From Laetmonice hystrix (Eukaryota), in assembly GCA_965235115.1 (NCBI GenBank), contig OZ249436.1, positions 49,044,001 through 49,108,000 on the forward strand: DNA of 64,000 bases. The letters run 5' to 3'. The notes beneath the pieces were generated by a model, which worked only from the letters and a program-made list of their open reading frames with translations, did no database searches and was not told the DNA's origin. Below, in pieces: positions 13,035 to 27,412 of this stretch. A program made the position numbers and the translations under genes. The stretch's first letter is position 1, and the number at the start of each line of letters is the position of its first letter.

Positions 13035-15698
13035 ATGGTTTCTGTGGTTAATTTAGGTAGTTTATGGCCTTATCTAACCTAACAAACCATGTCTTCATTT
13101 TGGAGTAAACTGTCGATAGAACAGCCAATGCATTACAATGGGGGGAAATGCCTGTGGTTTTGACAACAGTCAGAATGCCATTATTTGGTATAGTGTAATA
13201 GTTTTTGTATTTTGTATTACAAGTTTGTCATACAAAAAGACAGAAAATAAAATTGAGAGGATTGAAGGAGGAATCACAGCGAAAGAGGCTGTTTCACGGA
13301 AATACATGCTTTTGTTTAAATCCTGAATTACCGGTAATGTAGGACTAATTTTGAGAAAATAAGAAGCATTTTGGAAAACTATCCGTTTTAGTGCGATCAT
13401 GCTGAGTATTCATGAGTCTCGGTGCGGCATGTGGCCAAGTACTAAAAGGTTGGTCTGCCAACACTCTGGCGATGCGCCACCATGTTGTGCCATTTTAGAA
13501 CCTCAGGGTTTGAAGGGACACATGTTCGGAACCAGGGAGGAAAGGACCAAGCTTATTACACGGCACCAGGGACGCCTGAGGCTTCCTTAATTGGAGGAAC
13601 TCGGCGCACCGCTAAGATTACGGAGTCTGGGGACCGGGCCGGTCGACAGACGCACTATTATCTTCACACAGCCACACACACACATGGAGCCAAATGTCAA
13701 TGTAATTGTGAAGCCGCTGTAAAAAGAACATGATCAAATTTCTACTGTTCTCATTGAATAACGGCCAAGAATAGCCACTGGGAAAGGCATTATCACATCA
13801 AAGGGCACAGATGCAGTCTCCTTTTCGTAGCCCGAATTATGGGGATGCATCTGGGCCTACGTCACACTGTAGACTTTTATACCTTGCTAGGTTTAAAATA
13901 TGTCCCTTCATTGACTATGCAGGTAGGACTCTAAAGTATTTTATACGGGGTAGTGTTTAATTAAGTTAAGATGAATTAAATAGCTGAACTAATGAAATGT
14001 TGCGCCAGCAATATTACCACCATGGCTGTTGCCTGTGTGACCACGATGGATGGCTTACTTTTTTCAAATGTCTTTAGAAACTGGTAAAAATAGTTGTTTT
14101 AGTATCAATCAGGGATGGCCTCCGTTTTATTCCACACATTACCACCTCCAGCAGGTCGAACGAAGGATCAATGGGTGTCAGTGACCCCATTTGTAACCTC
14201 AAAGTTACACCCGTTTTAGGCCTTTCACGCATGTTGATATATAGTAGGTTATAGGATCGAAAGATATAGTATTCTGTTCCCTTATGGAGGCCTACAAACA
14301 CTGTGTGTTGACCTGGCACACTCTACCACAGTTCAACCCGGCCATTTGAAATATTAATGCCAGATCGCGAGAATCAAGTGTAACCAAAATACACTTATAT
14401 CTAGCGCATTCTTCAAGTGATCATAACTGCTTCACTCAATCTCTGATATCTTTGTTCAGGCTCATGTTGTTCCGGGTTCGGCATCACCTGCTTCCGGTCA
14501 GGGCGGGGCCGCCCACCAGGGGGCCAAGATCTCTGAGCAGGTCCTTTCTCTCGGGTTAGATGGACCTGTCAGGGGACGGGTTGTCTTCCGGTAACTGGGC
14601 CATAATTCCGGGGGGGGGGGGGGCTAGGCATGTTTAAGCCCCCCCCCCCCCAATATTTCCAGTGGTGCTTAATAATTAGCCTATTTTACTGGGGAGGACC
14701 TTAGAGGCCCCTAAATAACTTGATGGCAATTAGTAAAGCACTATTCACGGTATACTCACGGCCCAGACTGAGAAAGCTCGACCGAGAACCAGCAGCCACT
14801 ATAACAAGTGATTTGACCCTCCTTTGGCACCACTTAATCCTAGCAACAGCCAATCCAATGAATGACAAAGTGGCCTGATGTATCGGTGCCTGTAAACAAA
14901 ATGCAAGTGTTTCACTACGGACATTCAGGTGGGCGGCAAGTAGTTTCACCCACACGGGGCACTTTACACCTCCATGTCTGGGACGTTTGTCTGATAAAGG
15001 GCCCGGAGGGACCATAGGAAAAAATACACACGTGAGGGATTACTTACTATGGCTGATTATACCTTGGAGTCCCCCGTGTTTGGTCGACTTTAGTCTGCTT
15101 TCCAAGCTGCAGTTTTAAATGGAGTTTTACAGATTATAGCTTTTCACCCTATTCGGCACTTATGCTGGTGCAAGAACAATTGCGTTCCACCGTGTCAGCG
15201 AAGTGTTTCATTGTGTGGTCCATCTGCCAGAGAAGTTGTTGATATTTCTTACCTCTGTCTGCCACATCTGGGCCCAAATCTCTATTGTTACTGATTGCCA
15301 AGTTTATAGTAATTAGAAGAAGACCTCTGTCAAGTTTAAAGATGTTTCCTAATGTATGACAATATTTGTTTGTGTTGTGGCCGAGTTCGACCTTTAACAT
15401 CCATGCCATCAAGGGAAAAATGTACAATTCATTTTGACCTGAAAGGTGATATTTCTGCCAGAATTCCATATTAGATGTGATATTTCCCCAAACAATCTCT
15501 GAATATGTATTTGTTATCCCGCATTGTGGAGTGGATTATGAAGATATTTGATATAAAAAAGATGATTAATAAAGGGCCCCAAATTAAAAACGTTTGTTTT
15601 TAAAAAGCATAGAAGTCTATAATAATGTTAACCAATAATGTTGACCACCGTTATATTTCGGATGATAATATCAAGAATGACTCCCACCTCGCCTTGAG

Positions 15699-15824
15699 CA
15701 GGGAAGTACCTAGCCGTACGCCAAGACGGGGGTACACGGTGTTTCCCTAGGGTTATTAGGGCTAACCCTAACCCTAACCTAACATCTGGTGCGTACACAT
15801 CAAACCACGCTAGGTACGCCCCTG
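15699..15824. mobile_element. Small MITE-like element with internal telomere-like repeats
   Basis: TIRs cagggaagtacctagc / gctaggtacgcccctg; interior tagggttattagggc-taaccctaaccctaacc. Confidence 0.6.
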
Positions 15825-17520
15825 TGTATCGTGTCTCCGTCGTAAGCTGCACGCCCCTGCTCACTACATTAATTTCCAACACTGACAATCCATTCTGGCC
15901 TTGACAGCTGTGATCGCATTTTTGCAATCAATTTTCAGCCAAGCTAATGGTGATTGCGCATTGTGCAGCCTTGCTCCTGCTCACGTTAACGCAGAGTTCG
16001 CTGGTGGATTCATTAAGCCCCCCCCCCCCCCTGCGGGGATCCTATGTGGGGAAATCTTTCCCCTTCAACCCGCTACCGGCCCAGTTTGTCAGGTGCAACG
16101 ATTGTGTATAATGATACATAAGACGTCGCAGCACGCGGCATAGTCAGGTACGGTTTACATGTGGCACGCTATACGCATGCGTGTCGTAGTTGACGTGTAG
16201 CTGTCATCGACCACCGGGGATGCTACCTGGGAGAGGTATTAGGTTCACGAGGCCGCCATACCATACCGACCTGGTCGAAAACAGCACCACGATTACTGCT
16301 AATAGTTGACCTTGGACGGGCATGCTATGCTTGCCAGATTAAAACACAGAACATAATTGACATAATAGGTCGATGTTCCAACTGTGTTTTTATATCGGTG
16401 GATGGCAGTATGTATGGGACCATAAGGCCTGCCGTACCGAATAATTATAGTTCGGTTTACGGAACAAGGTATAGGGAAGGAAAAAGAAAGGTAATCAGTT
16501 AATTAAAAAGCAACGCCTTATTTACATTGAAAATTTACGGAAGCAGATCACTTGCAACAATATTTCCTGTTTCGTTGAAATGGGTTTCTTTCCAGAGGAT
16601 GGGACACAAAACAGTTTGCAAGAAATTGGCCTTCATCAGAACAGAGAATATGCTGCAAAAACATGGATTTTCCTAAGCTGAACCTAAGTTTGATTAAGCA
16701 CGCACTGGCCCACAAAGTAACATTATGACCTGGTAAAGCTACATTCATTATGCCGTATAATGCCCTCGATGGACTATACCTCAGGATGTTATCACGGCAT
16801 AACATCGTCTCAATCTTGCGAATATCCACTGAATATTCCATAAAAGCGAATATACATAACAATGTATAATTCATCATAGACTAGGGAACCTTGAGTCCAC
16901 AGCGGGAGTTTACCTGCCTCTAAAACCACAAGCTCGTTACCACTCTGTTAGTAGACCTAAACCATGGACTATCGATCTAAACGACAGGTAGAGTGCTCTC
17001 CTCTCATCCCACCAAACCAAGCAGGAAGTAGGAAGCAGGACATTGGTCAGTCGATTGATTTACCAATTATCCCACGGTATCCTGTATGATTCAACGTAAC
17101 GGTTTGTTGCGTATTACTCTTTAACATGAGTGTCCATGTACGATTTCGTGCGGTTCTCGCTCGGTCTAATGAGAAGTTTGAGATCGATGTACCCTTGGAT
17201 GGTCAAGTTGATAACTTTGTAAATTATTCAGACTTCTGCCGTATCACGGAAGGCCTTCACAGCATAAGACTTACAAAACCATTTATGGGAATCGAACCCT
17301 GATTTTAAAGAGCGTGGATAGAGACTAACCTATATCACAATGGGAATACCATTGAAAATATAGAAAATATATTTTACATATCACTGCAGTCAAAACGGAT
17401 GGGCATTGCACAAAGTGTCCCGATGATAGGGCCTGGCCTATTTTGTTTGTTTTTTCTTTTGTTTTTGTCGTGCCCCGCGGACAGGGATTGTTATAAATGG
17501 GCCTACTTTCAAAAATAAAT

Positions 17521-17589
17521 GCCTCTCTCAGTGGCTAGAGCACTGGTCTCGTAAACCAGTGGTCGTGAGTTCAATCCTCACTGGTGGCT
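17521..17589 (+). pseudogene. tRNA-Thr(CGT) pseudogene
   Basis: Intact anticodon arm CTGGT-CTCGTAA-ACCAG (CGT at 17550-17552) and T arm GTGAG-TTCAATC-CTCAC. About 4 nt are missing at the acceptor/D-stem junction (GCCTCT^CTCAG versus the usual GCCTCTTTAGCTCAG) and the acceptor stem is mismatched; TTTT lies shortly downstream. Confidence 0.8.
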
Positions 17590-19797
17590 CCGACTTTTGG
17601 GGAGAACTAAAACAGACCGACTCTCTTCACGTTCACACAGGGCCTGCAATTTTTATAAATAGAATTAATCTGAATCGCATATTTTGTCTCTCTTCTATCG
17701 CAACCGCCAATTACACTCAAACTGTAGGCCTAGGAATAAACAAACTCCAGACAGAAGGACCAATCTGCCATCTCTCAACTCATTTATGCTAGTGCCAGAT
17801 GAAAGCCCGATGGGTATCAACATCTGACAAGAAAGCCCACAGAACATCAAAGGCAAAATAATAAATTAGAGAGACCAGTCTTCACTGAAGAAATAGAGTG
17901 ACTCTACCCAGATTGTGAACTCTGTAAAGGAAGAACAGCCCAGGACCGGCATGCATCGCGGGCTCTCATCCGTCTGTTTGATGACAAAGCGGGAAATGAC
18001 AATTGGTGGCTGGAAGGAAACCACTGAAGGTCGGGTTTAACGTTCTTGGGGAGTTTCAGCTATAGTCAACAGACAATACGGGGGCGCACTTTACCGGAAC
18101 CGGTTCATCTGGCACGCCGGCCGGTCGGGACCGCTACACCGGTCCCCTGACCATGCTGCCATTGAAATTACCTACTGCTGAAAGTGAAGTATTGGACTTA
18201 ATTCCGCCCATGCAGGTATGTAGGCCTAAGTGGGATTTACCCGTATGTTCGGATAATCTTGCAAATTCTCCAGATTGTTCCTTGACAGAACCTATTATTG
18301 GGAAGAGACCGAGAACTTTAGTCTCAGTAGAACAATTATAAAAACACGCCCTAAACACACACGTCATTTTTCAAATTTAAAAGACATGTTATGTTTCCTC
18401 AACCAAGAGCTCACGCCCAACAAATCCCCTTTTCCACATCTTCCGCCTGATAATATGGCTGTGTTTGATAATTGCTCGTGCCATGTCATGTCATGCAACA
18501 GTTGGGTTAATTGTTGTCGGCTTCTTCTTCTACTCATTACGCCTCGGTGTGTCGGGCGCAGATTGGCTGCGGAAAGCGCTGACTTCATTAATATGACCCC
18601 CCGCCCAGCTAGATACGGCCACAAGGGAACATAGAAATTACCTGCCTGCAAAAGTGATGTAATTTACAGGCAGGTCTTCCTTGGTGCCTCGTCGCGCTGC
18701 TTCGGTTTAGTCATCGAGGGAAGTGCTTTGTGTCTCAGATTTGAGCATAAATCATTAAGACATGCAAGCGAAGATGGAATTTAAGAACTCCGAAGTGGGG
18801 GGAGGGGGATGCTGTTTGCATGGCAAAGTGTTTTTTGAAAGAAAGTTTGAATCTGGTTTGTGTAGCTCTGCAGTGGCTGGTTCTTTAAAATATCATCGAT
18901 TATGGAGATGAATATTATTTGAGATGAAGAATTAATATACTCTACTGTCGCTCCTATTTAATATAGAGTACACGATACACATAAAACACTTAGGCCTATA
19001 CTATAGCATATGTCCACATGCTGTGACTATCCAGCTATAATACTTGGTAAATAATTAGAATAGAATACGGATGGTTACTACAACTGTAGCTATTCATGGA
19101 TCTGGGGACACGAGGAAGTAAAATATTCACGAGTGGGAAGTGGAAACACTTCTCTCCAACGTTTATTCCTGGATCTTAACGCAATACTCAACATGTCTCC
19201 CCTCATGGTCGTAAGAGGCACCGGGTGAAGCCATGTTCTTCTAACTCCCAGAGTGAGATCAGGCGGTTTGATCCGGTTGGAGCGGGTTAAGTCTGGTTGG
19301 CGCGGGTTAAGTCCGGTTGGCGCAGGTTTAGTCGGGTTGGGGCAAGTTGATCAAGGTTTCGCAGGAAATAAGAAAATGGTGTACGGGAAATTTGAGCACT
19401 CACAAAAGCAGTTTTTAAAATGAAATGTGTTTAACAATGTGAGCGTATAGTAGCGTGCCCAGATTTACTTTCAGAAGTCGAGCACGCTGATTGAGCACCA
19501 TACATTTTTAATCGTCTCAGATCGCAATTTACCTATACTCAGCCAGCAGCAGGCCTATAATTGGAATTTGCTAAATAATCACTGTGTGTAAAATAACACG
19601 GTGTTATTTCACACACAGTAATGTAATAATGCGTTCTAATATTTTTAACTTGCGCCGAGGAAAAAACACTAACCATAAAAATATGCTTGCTACCCATATC
19701 GGACACCCACTTTCCTCTATTTGCTCGTGTCTAAAATTTACACCAGAATTACTAAAACGGTTCCAGAATTCTGTCTATATAACAACAGGTGGAAAAT

Positions 19798-20389
19798 AGC
19801 ACAAAGATAGGGCTAGACAATTGGATGATGCTGTCGTGTGAGACCTCGTCAAGGAAACCAGCACAAAGATAGGGCTAGACAATTGGATGGTGTTGTCGTG
19901 TGGAACCTCGTCAAGGAAACCAGCCCAAAGATAGGGCTAGACAATAATTGGATGGTGTTGTCGGGTGAGAACTCGTCAAGGAAACCAGCCCAAAGATAGG
20001 GCTAGACAATTGGATGGTGTTGTCGGGTGAGACCTCGTCAAGGAAACCAGCACAAAGATAGGGCTAGACAATTGGATGGTGTTGTCGGGTGAGACCTCGT
20101 CAAGGAAACCAGCACAAAGATAGGGCTAGACAATTGGATGATGTTGTCGTGTGAGACCTCGTCAAGGAAACCAGCACAAAGATAGGGCTAGACAATTGGA
20201 TGGTGTTGTCGTGTGAGACCTCGTCAAGGAAACCAGCACAAAGATAGGGCTAGACAATTGGATGGTGTTGTCGTGTGAGACCTCGTCAAGGAAACCAGCA
20301 CAAAGATAGGGCTAGACAATTGGATGGTGAAAACAGCACAAAGATAGGGCTGGACAATCGAATGGTGTTGTGAGACCTTGTCAAGGAAA
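19798..20389. repeat. Minisatellite, 62-bp unit, ~9-10 copies
   Basis: agcacaaagatagggctagacaattggatggtgttgtcgtgtgagacctcgtcaaggaaacc repeated. Confidence 0.95.
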
Positions 20390-20728
20390 ACTGACATGTG
20401 TACTTCATATAAAGAGCACATGTAGAGGGAAAGAGGAAAAAACGTGGAATTGAGCACCGACTACGTTGATATAAAAGTGTTGTATACACATTTCGCCTGG
20501 GAAAGTCGCTATCAGATGACAGCCCCGGAATTCAGCAAAGGGTCTGTAGTGTTCCGGGTAACCAAACCATTGAGACGATCCAAGGACTGGCAGAATGGGG
20601 GATGGGGTGGGGGTGGGGGGGGGGGGGGGGCTAATCGGATAGCACCTATTCTTTTAGGAACACTTTTAACTTTGTCATGATACTGCGGTAACAAAAGGAG
20701 AACGTAAGCTGTCCAGCAATGGCTTTGA

Positions 20729-20867
20729 ATTCATGCCTCATGCTGACGGTGGATCCATGCCTCATGCTGACGGTGGATTCATGCCTCATGCTGACGGTGG
20801 ATTCATGCCTCATGCTGACGGTGGATTCATGCCTCATGCTGACGGTGGATTCATGCCTCAGGCTGAC
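20729..20867. repeat. Minisatellite, 24-bp unit, ~6 copies
   Basis: attcatgcctcatgctgacggtgg repeated. Confidence 0.95.
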
Positions 20868-22685
20868 ACAGGTTTTACTCTCTCATGATATGGTCTCGGG
20901 AAGAGAAAGATTATCTCGGGTCGGGAATACTTGATAATTGTATTTAGTTGAGACAAATGAGATAGGATACCAAACCAACCATTTCAAGAATCGAACAACA
21001 AAAATCCCAGGGACGTAGGTATAAAACAAAATTTAGTGATTTGGTACGTATTCCTGAACGTAGGCCTACTTTTTTACTTATGAGCTTAAATAATGTAATA
21101 ATACCTATAAAAAAAGTTATGAAGGATGTCGCTTGCTGAAACTCTTAGATTAAAACGATGGCAAAATCAACTGTTGTAAGATTCGTTTCTTTTAAAAAAT
21201 TCACAATTCCAATATAGTATCACGCTCCCGCCGCTCGCCAATAAAGAAAGCTGCAAGGTCGATACTGTATTTAATGTGGTCCGGTTTTTTTTACTAACCA
21301 TTTGGTGTATCTTAGACAAACCTAGCAGTTGATGGAGATTCCCGTGGCCAAGTACCAGAAGTCCTCCCAGGGTAGTATCTCTTTCGTTGCTGTCACAATG
21401 ACCCATTGTGTTGTGGCGGGCAGGCTGTTGATACAAGGTCCGGAGGCAGTGGGAAGTAGTGGTGCACTGGGCGGTGCCACTACCGTTTACCTATTGATCC
21501 TGGCTATGGTGAGAACGTACCTCGGGACTCATATAACCAGTCTGAAATTGTTATCACTAACTGGGCCTCTGAATGTCATCATTATTATCTTAACACAGCA
21601 CACAATGCCAACGCACAGAGATTGATGGCATGCTGATAAAATGAAAGTGAACGAAAGGACCCAACATTTATTATGGATTAGACTGGGACGGGGAAATCTG
21701 CTAAATATTTAATGCATTCATGGTTGGCGGGACAAAAAACGTGACCATTTTGTGAGAAACGAAGTAAAAGTTGAGGTGTCATTGGGTGTAACGGAGTTGG
21801 TTCAGGTAATGGAAACATGTAAATTAGACTTATTCGCTGTATCCGTACTTGCTGAGGACGGAATATATTCTTTGTCCCTCTCTTTTTCTTAGCATGAAGC
21901 GTTTCGACATCAAACAGCTGTATAGAGTATAGGCAAGAAAAAATATCTTGCACTTGAATTGTATTTAAATGAACTGATTTACATGCGATTATTTACTGGT
22001 AAAATCAAAAGAAAAATGCAATCAGCCAACAAGTCCGTCCACTACTGCGACTGTGACGTGCACCTGAGAACTCCAAACGCATCAATCATGATGTTTGTAA
22101 AGCCTATAAGTGATTATTGAATCGAAACTCTATACATAATGCCCCCTGTCAATGCCGCCCGTTAATATGCAGAAATACCGCAATTCTGAATAACAGATCT
22201 AAAGAATGGCCGAATATCAGGGCATGTACGAGCTAATTCATTTAAGATACCACAACTTGTCATTAGCTTAAAAGGCTACTGGTAAGGCGCAACCGACTTT
22301 CTTGACGATTTGGGTTGATTGGTAATGCCTGGAATTAGTTGGTGATATGGGGAAAGATTGATGAAGTTGCCAGTCGCGAAGGAGAGACCACTGCGCCATT
22401 AGGCATGTAGAAATAGAGAATACAAGCTAATGGGACACAGGAGCCGACGTCCCTATCGGCTTGAATTACACTTTAATGAATGTATTGTGCTAAGTCAGTG
22501 CTGACAGTACATCGGTATTGTATATCTATATCAGCGGTAGCGTACTCTTCACTCGAGTATGCCAGTTATCATTCACCTCAATCTCCAGCCGCATCCACAG
22601 CCACAGCATGCTTCTCTCCCAGGCAAGACTTGTGAGGCTATAGTTATCTATGAGATTTGGATGTGTTGGGATTTAATTACCAGAT

Positions 22686-22968
22686 AAGTGAGTGAGTGAG
22701 TGAGTGAGTGAGTGAGTGGAGGGGGGGTGAGGAAGTGAGTAGTTGTTGTTTAATGCCCAGTCAGCAGTATTTCAGCTATATATCAGGGAGAGAACTCAGT
22801 CCGTGAAATCCATTGGGTGATAATGATGAGATGATAGGAAGAAACCCGTGCACCGGAACGAACCCCTGACTACTCTTTTCGATAGATTCCAAAGGGTTTA
22901 ACGTGCCTCTCCACATAGACGTATCATGACACGGCCGACCTTTAATAAAGCAGTCGGCAACCACTAGC
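22686..22968 (-). mobile_element. SINE body and tail (Nin/Deu-domain-like) ending in (ACTC)n
   Basis: Minus strand gactgctttattaaagg...gaggcacgttaaacc...ctatcgaaaagagtag...gggtttcttcc...tatagctgaaatactgctgactgggcattaaacaacaa plus (ACTC)n. Homologous to 27413-27650; no tRNA head visible. Confidence 0.7.
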
Positions 22969-24639
22969 TGTTCGTAAAAGGCGACAAATGGAGCGAGGGC
23001 TGGCGTGGGGAAGTGGTCGAATGTTGGATTGTGGTAAAACTTGGACGGAATCTCCTGGACGCCCGATTTGATCAGCCTCTGTAGCAATACGTTAAGAGCA
23101 GTGTTTTAGGACATAACTGTATAATTCTGAAATATTGCATAGGGTGTAATAATAACTGTAATGTATAATTGTAAAATATTGCATAGCGTGTAATAATAAC
23201 CCCGGTGTAATCCACTCCAACAACAACAACCCTCCCCGCCAAACACACAAATAAGGACTTCAAAAGATGACCTAGGTGAACTCTCATCCTGTTCAAAGCA
23301 GTGAAGTTTTCTCTTTGCTAATGGTCAGCAATCTGCACGGTGAACAAAACAATAGCGTTGAGTGAACTTTATATGCAGTGGTGCACATGTCACGTGGGTT
23401 ATTATGCGGTATTTGATTGAAGCTGTAGACCTGTTAACGTGGGCTGGGTAGTAAGTCAACGTGGATGGCCTGGACACATTGATGTATGGGACAAAAGGGC
23501 ATCCATTGTGCCTCCATTTCCCGCGTGCTATGTCTGCCAGCAGACCGCGAGCCAAGCCCTGTGAGACCTTGATGACCTAATCCTAGGAGCATCATTCCAG
23601 CTTCATTTATTCATACATGGCGCGTGCATGGTGAACGTTGGAGAGCCTGGGCACACATTGTGTGCCTGCCGGGCGCCGCCGCTGGTTCGGTATGGGGCAC
23701 GAGTGCAGGCAGGCAGGCAAGCCGGGGCTCTGCTATGTTCGCCCCCCTCCCCACTCCTCCCAGTTGATGGTACCCGGGTGGCATTCCGACAGTGCCACAG
23801 CCACACCAGTTGCTGAAACGTGGCAGGGCCAGCCCAGAGAGCCGGTAATTTTGATTGAATGGTTCTCTGCCGATTGCAATTGGAGGTTAACAGAAAGGCA
23901 AACATTGGGACCTGCACGGTTTGGCCCGACAGTGATGTGCAGTCATAATACCGGCTGCTGATTCTCCATTCGGGGCCGATTGAGGACGGCTCAATAACAC
24001 GCTGTCAGTGACAGGATGGGCGGTCGTTTAGACCGTCCATGAATGTGTAAATTACACAGGCTTTATGGTACTTCAACAGCTTAGGATTCTGTACTTGGGC
24101 TATAACAGAATGCTAAATAATCGAAAACGATATTATCCTAATGTTATGTCGGCGATTTAAGAACATAGATGTCTATAAAAATAAAGCTTCCTTTCCAACC
24201 GAATGATTTACATCTTTAACATTTCATTTACATAACATGAGAATCATATAGCAATTTGGTTTTTAGATATACAATGTATAAACTTATTCAATTCTAGGAA
24301 TCTGTAAATTCTTTAATATTCATTAGGACAGCATTATGGCATGCAGGCACAATTAAGCAATGTCTGTTTTTCGTAGCATAATAGCGGCCCTCATAATATC
24401 TTTTAATGTTTAGTTTTGTTCTAAAATAGATCCATTTGGGTCGTCCAGGCTTCCAGATGACGTTGGGCAACTTAAATGTTTGCTACTAGAAGATTTACTT
24501 ACAACAAAATCTTCCAGATTCATAAGGGCAAAGGGTATTGCTTTAATTACGAGGTCGGATCAAAGGCTTTAGTCCATCCATCACCCTAACCCCTCATCAA
24601 GCGGCTACCTCTTCCAGTGGTCTTACTGGATCGTCAGAG

Positions 24640-25952
24640 GTCTCTGTTGGTAGACAGGATAACAAACCATGCTCTCTCACACGTCTGCAGTCGGCCATGT
24701 GTCTGTCGGTAGACAAGGTAGACCATGCTCTCTCACACGTCCGCAGTCGGCCATGTGTCTGTCGGTAGACAAGGTAGACCATGCTCTCTCACACGTCCGC
24801 AGTGGGTCATGTGTCTGTCGGTAGACAAGGTAGACCATGCTCTCTCACACGTCCGCAGTCGGCCATGTGTCTGTCGGTAGACAAGGTAGACCATGCTCTC
24901 TCACACGTCCGCAGTCGGTCATGTGTCTGTCGGTAGACAAGGTAGACCATGCTCTCTCACACGTCCGCAGTCGGCCATGTGTCTGTCGGTAGACAAGGTA
25001 ACAGACCATGCTCTCTCACACGTCCGCAGTCGGCCATGTGTCTGTCATTAGACAAGGTAGACCATGCTCTCTCACACGTCCGCAGTGGGTCATGTGTCTG
25101 TCGGTAGACAAGGTAGACCATGCTCTCTCACACGTCCGCAGTCGGCCATGTGTCTGTATAGACAAGGTAGACCATGCTCTCTCACACGTCCGCAGTCGGC
25201 CATGTGTCTGTCGGTAGACAAGGTAGACCATGCTCTCTCACACGTCCGCAGTGGGTCATGTGTCTGTCGGTAGACAAGGTAGACCATGCTCTCTCACACG
25301 TCCGCAGTCGGTCATGTGTCTGTCGGTAGACAAGGTAGACCATGCTCTCTCACACGTCCGCAGTCGGTCATGTGTCTGTCGGTAGACAAGGTAGACCATG
25401 CTCTCTCACACGTCCGCAGTGGGTCATGTGTCTGTCGGTAGACAAGGTAGACCATGCTCTCTCACACGTTCGCAGTGGGTCATGTGTCTGTCGGTAGACA
25501 AGGTAGACCATGCTCTCCCACACGTCCGCAGTCGGTCATGTGTCTGTCGGTAGACAAGGTAGACCATGCTCTCCCACACGTCCGCAGTCGGTCATGTGTC
25601 TGTCGGTAGACAAGGTAGACCATGCTCTCCCACACGTCCGCAGTCGGCCATGTGTCTGTCGGTAGACAAGGTAACAGACCATGCTCTCTCACACGTCCGC
25701 AGTCGGCCATGTTTCTGTCGGTAGACAAGGTAGACCATGCTCTCTCACACGTCCGCAGTCGGTCATGTGTCTGTCGGTAGACAAGGTAGACCATGCTCTC
25801 TCACACGTCCGCAGTCGGCCATGTGCCTGTATAGACAAGGTAGACCATGCTCTCTCACACGTCCGCAGTCGGTCATGTCTCTGTCGGTAGACAAGGTAAC
25901 AGACCATGCTCTCCCACACGTCCGCAGTCGGTCATGTATCTGTCGTTAGACC
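24640..25952. repeat. Minisatellite, 56-bp unit, ~23 copies
   Basis: gaccatgctctctcacacgtccgcagtcggccatgtgtctgtcggtagacaaggta repeated, with small indel variants. Confidence 0.97.
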
Positions 25953-26771
25953 GTAAAATCAAATTAGCATTCAGCGAATAAATTAGACAAGACGGTCATT
26001 TTCTGAATCATTTTGATTTCTGATTATCAAAAGTTGCACTTTGTAATCTTTCCGATCGTTTCCGATATATTCAGACATCATAGGATCAGTCTTGATATAG
26101 GCCCCACTTATAGCCAATATCTCGTAGAATGTCGATCGGGGAACGGATGAATTCACCATATTTGATGTGTACGGTCTGGGATATTCAGAAAGGTCCTCTG
26201 AATAGTTAGCGGGGATTAGCGGGGACACCCGCTGACGTAAAGGCAGAGAGTACCAGTAATGACCAGAAAAGAGCGACCCCATCCCTTGATGGCGTAAGCG
26301 AGGAGGCTGCCCATCGCCAGCTTCCCAAGGTTTGTGCTGCTGACATTGGTATACCGTATTGTGTGTTCTGTCTGACTAGTTCCGGTGCGTGGGGTGTGGA
26401 TGGTCACACCGCCAGTCTATAACAAAACGAAAGGCCCGGGGAGTTATATATTCCTCCATTCTAAACGAGAGTCGTTGTGATGCAGTTCAGGCCGAGTCTC
26501 TTGGGACAAGAGGATTTAAATAGTTCTGTTGGATTTGTTTCAAGTGCAATACTTATGAGACCTACATTGTCCATGTACATGAAGCAAATTCGAAGATAGA
26601 TATAGTGGAGACATATGGAACTGACGTTCGACATCTTTCGACAAAAGCACAGAAAGAGATATTACGTCATGAATTCCGTTTTGTTTTTTTTTATCTTGTG
26701 AACCTTACTAATTTAGGTTTTCCTTGGTAGTGCTTATGTAACGTAAGTACATTTTGCCATAAAGACATTAA

Positions 26772-27247
26772 AGGTAATATGTCACGAATTTCAAATAATA
26801 CGTCGTGTTTCAGCAAAAATATGTCTGCATTGCGGTTCTCCGATATGCCCAAAAGGTCCCCTGCCTGTTTATGTAGCTTTGGCCGGTATTTTGTAAAAAA
26901 ATCGCCAATTCTTAATGCGGTCACTGAAAATGACACACTTAGAGACCCCGGGATTTGCAGTCGGCTGTGTTTTCCACGCTTTTCACACGATCGGCGGATG
27001 GGCCATTATAGTCCCGTGTTTACATCTCGAGTAATCACAGCGAGAGTCACGTGATCATGGGACCCGTTCAAACGATTCGCGGCAGCCAAAGGGGGCCAAA
27101 ATGGCAGATTCATCGCACTTTGCGGACACTGCAGCTAGTTTTATTCATTTTTCTACATTAGGGAGAATTTCACAGCTGTCTACTCGTAGTATGTGTAACA
27201 GAATCAATATGAAAAAACAATCAGTGCCATAAAGTAACATATTTCCT
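26772..27247. mobile_element. Second Kolobok-like non-autonomous element (different family)
   Basis: TTAA|AGGTAATATGTCAC ... GTAACATATTTCCT|TTAA: 14-bp imperfect TIR with TTAA on both sides. Confidence 0.7.
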
Positions 27248-27350
27248 TTAAGGATTCATACGCGCAGTATTTCAAGTCCTTTTTCCACATCCATGAATTG
27301 TAAGGAACGTCTCTTTATAGTTAAAATTATGATCGATATTGGAATAAACC

Positions 27351-27379
27351 CACTACTACTACTACTACTACTACTACTT
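27351..27379. repeat. (CTA)n microsatellite
   Basis: Directly visible. Confidence 0.9.
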
Positions 27380-27412
27380 ATCGTTCTAAACAGTTCAATG
27401 TGGTCGATGTAT

